A stretch of 64,000 nt of DNA from Macrostomum lignano. Its lineage: Eukaryota. The position numbers and the translations under genes are program-made. A model generated the notes under the pieces. That model saw only the letters and a program-made list of their open reading frames with translations. It was not told the DNA's origin and made no database searches. Below, in pieces: positions 61,235 to 64,000 of this stretch; within the stretch, counting starts at the first letter, position 1, and every line of letters starts with the position of its first letter. Location of the stretch: the NCBI GenBank assembly GCA_002269645.1, contig NIVC01001778.1:62001-126000 (forward strand). Reading direction: 5' to 3'.

Positions 61235-61385
61235 AGTTGTCCCTCTGGTACATCAGTGACCCTCTAGATTGTCAGTCTGGTACATCAGTGACCCTCTAGA
61301 TTGTCAGTCTGGTACATCAGTGGCACTCTAGATTGTCACTCTGGTACATCAGTGGCACTCAAGATTGTCACCCTGGCACATCAGT
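61235..61385. repeat. ~32-bp tandem repeat, about 4 copies
   Basis: TGGTACATCAGTGACCCTCTAGATTGTCAGTC. Confidence 0.85.
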
Positions 61386-61547
61386 AAAATCTGTACTTAA
61401 ATTTACTTTACCAAAGAACAGCAGGTCCTCTCCCCTACCATATTCCTGCATCGCTACCCCTACAACACTGCCGCGGCTGCTGGAGCCGCTGCGGCCGCCG
61501 CTGCACAGCCGTCGGCCAGAGGTTTAACCGCCAGCCGTCGCCTTGAG

Positions 61548-62349
61548 ATGGAAGCCGAAGTGAATCGATTCGAAGCCGAGCTTCGGCAGGACTTGAGACC
61601 GCAGGCGCCCATCCAGCAACAGCAGACGGGTTTCGGAAGCTTCCCGCCGCCTCCGCCCCCGCCGCCTCCGATGCCTTCCCAGGCTCCGCCGGCATCTCAG
61701 TTTCTTCCTCATCATCAGCAACTGTCCATGCCGCCTAGGACTGTGTACTCTGCTCAGCCTCAGATTGTTCGCCAGCACCAGCCATCGCCTGCGGCTGCTG
61801 TCGTTGCGGCCCCTTGCCTCCCCCGCCGCCCCCGCCACCCCGCCGCCTCCTCCTCCGATGCCCTCCATGCCGATGATGCCTTCGGCTGCAGACGCCAGCC
61901 AGGCTGCATTTCCTGGAGCACCTGGTGCTGCCGCTTCTACTTCTAGTAGCAATACTAAAAACAGCAAAAAGAAGCGATTCGTCAGAACGGCCGGCGGGCA
62001 AGTGTGGGAAGACCCAAGCTTAGCCGAATGGGATCCGAACGATTTTCGAATCTTCTGCGGCGATCTTGGCAACGAAGTTAACGACGACGTGTTGACCAGA
62101 GCGTTCAGCAAGTACGGCTCGTTCCAGAAGGCCAAAGTGGTGCGAGACCACCGCAGCAACAAGAGCAAAGGCTACGGCTTTGTCAGCTTCAAAGATCCGC
62201 AAGATTTTGTTCGCGCACTGCACGAAATGAATGGCAAATATGTTGGCAATCGGCCTATCAAACTGCGCCGTAGCAACTGGAAGGAGAGAGAGATCACTTC
62301 GGTGAAGAAGAAAATTAAAGAGAAACGTAAAATGGGTCTCAAGGTGTGA
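61548..62349 (+). CDS. RBM42: RNA-binding protein 42 (RRM); frame broken in a poly-Pro/C-run tract near 61810-61842; may extend upstream to an acceptor at 61424
   Basis: N-terminal RRLEMEAEVNRFEAE; C-terminal RFVRTAGGQVWEDPSLAEWDPNDFRIFCGDLGNEVNDDVL..KGYGFVSF..MNGKYVGNRPIKLRRSNWKER. Confidence 0.9.
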
Positions 62350-62409
62350 TTAGACTGTTTGACTCTGACGGCTTTTGTTACGAGTCTTGCTTTTATTATG
62401 TATTTGCTT

Positions 62410-62890
62410 GTGGATTGCTAATCTATCCAATCATGGGTGTTTCCCTCAGAAGTGGATTGTTAATCTATCCAATCATTGGTGTTTCCCTCAGAAATGGATT
62501 GTTAATCTATCCAATCATGGGTGTTTCCCTCAGAAGTGGATTGCTAATCTATCCAATCATGGGTGTTTCCCTCAGAAGTGGATTGCTAATCTATCCAATC
62601 ATGGGTGTTTCCCTCAGAAGTGGATTGCTAATCTATCCAATCATGGGTGTTTCCCTCAGAAGTGGATTGCTAATCTATCCAATCATGGGTGTTTCCCTCA
62701 GAAGTGGATTGTTAATCTATCCAATCATTGGTGTTTCCCTCAGAAATGGATTGTTAATCTATCCAATCATGGGTGTTTCCCTCAGAAGTGGATTGCTAAT
62801 CTATCCAATCATGGGTGTTTCCCTCAGAAGTGGATTGCTAATCTATCCAATCATGGGTGTTTCCCTCAGAAGTGGATTGTTAATCTATAA
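62410..62890. repeat. 42-bp minisatellite downstream of RBM42
   Basis: GGATTGCTAATCTATCCAATCATGGGTGTTTCCCTCAGAAGT. Confidence 0.95.
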
Positions 62891-63199
62891 ATATGTATTC
62901 AAATTTGTAATTATTGCTTAGTCCAAGCTCTCAAATAAGTTAAATACGAGTATAATTCACACCTATGTGTACTTTACTTGCGTGTTTCCTTTATTGCTTG
63001 TTAATTGAGCTGAAAGCATTGCTTATGTATAATTGAAAATTGAAAAAATACTTGTTATAATACAACGTAATAAGCTTATATTGTTATTAGTTCTTAATAA
63101 GCTAGTGGTCCTTGCTTGTGTACAAAAAATTACTTATAAGAAAACTAATGTTTTGTGTTTATTGATTTATTAAACTAGCTGGTCCAGCGAAGGTTATTA

Positions 63200-63735
63200 C
63201 GGACCCAGATCTCGAGTTTCCGGGTCAGCCTCCTAGATCCTCAGTTTCCGGGCCAGCCTCCCAGATCTTCAGTTGCTGGGCCAGCCTCCCAGATCCCCAG
63301 TTGCTGGGCCAGCCTCCCAGATCCCCAGTTGCTGGGGCATGGGCCAGCCTCCCAGATCCTCAGTTGCAGGGCCAGCCTCCCAGATCCCCAGTTGCTGGGC
63401 CAGCCTCCCAGATCCCCAGTTGCTGGGGCATGGGCCAGCCTCCCAGATCCTCAGTTGCAGGGCCAGCCTCCCAGATCCTCAGTTGCTGGGCCAGCCTCCC
63501 AGATCCTCAGTTGCTGGGCCAGCCTCCCAGAGTGACAGTTGCTGGGCCAGCCTCCCAGAGTGACAGTTGCTGAGCCAGCCTCCCAGATCCCCAGTTTTTG
63601 GGCCAGCCTCCCAGAGTCTCAGTCTGGGCCAGCCTCTCAGAGTGTCAGTCTGGGCCAGCCTATCAGAGTGTCAGTCTGGGCCAGCCTCATAGATCCCCAA
63701 TTGTTGGGCCAGCCTCACAGATCCTCAGTATTTGT
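63200..63735. repeat. ~28-bp minisatellite, same family as 51720-52165
   Basis: Directly visible. Confidence 0.92.
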
Positions 63736-64000
63736 GCCCTTTTAGGTAACCTACAGTAATGTTAGTGCACGTTCCCAATCCCGTGATGCAAATATTTATT
63801 ATTTCGCTTGCTGCTGCAACCACGGATTAAGAGGAGGACAATTTTTATAGTACATTTTATAAACATATTTTTTAGGAGAAGCGTTTAAGAAAAAGGAAAT
63901 CCATAATTGTCAATAATTGATTTAGTAATGTGCAGCCAATGGGGAAAGTACTTGCTTCAGTAAAACGCTTTTCTTCTACATTGTACATTGGCTGCGTTAT

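Overview
Metazoan nuclear DNA. GC-rich, poly-Gln/Ala-rich exons, GT-AG introns filled with intron-specific minisatellites, and several intronless housekeeping genes suggest a free-living flatworm such as Macrostomum (inference). The main feature is a 23-exon, about 3229-aa CPLANE1 (C5orf42/JBTS17) orthologue on the minus strand (43356->7600). Its 7.9-kb intron 21 holds two antisense nested genes: a CH25H-like sterol hydroxylase and an intronless ankyrin-repeat/TRPM-type channel. The right part has four co-oriented plus-strand genes: RPS26, V-ATPase subunit E, a KLHDC1/2-like kelch protein and RBM42. An exon of an unidentified single-pass membrane protein lies near 4 kb. Mobile elements include a CMC/CACTA-type element, a Merlin transposon, hAT MITEs, two tRNA-SINE copies and a LINE 3' remnant. 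The most striking observation is the AT-rich block at about 44.3-50.9 kb. There a Merlin transposase keeps its frame but carries 12 in-frame stops (10 TAG), all explicable by C->T/G->A changes, mostly at CpA, which resembles fungal RIP. Other leads are a KLHDC2-like E3 receptor ending in its own -GG degron and a candidate recursive splice site in a putative CPLANE1 5'UTR intron. All homology calls are from remembered sequence motifs, not database searches.
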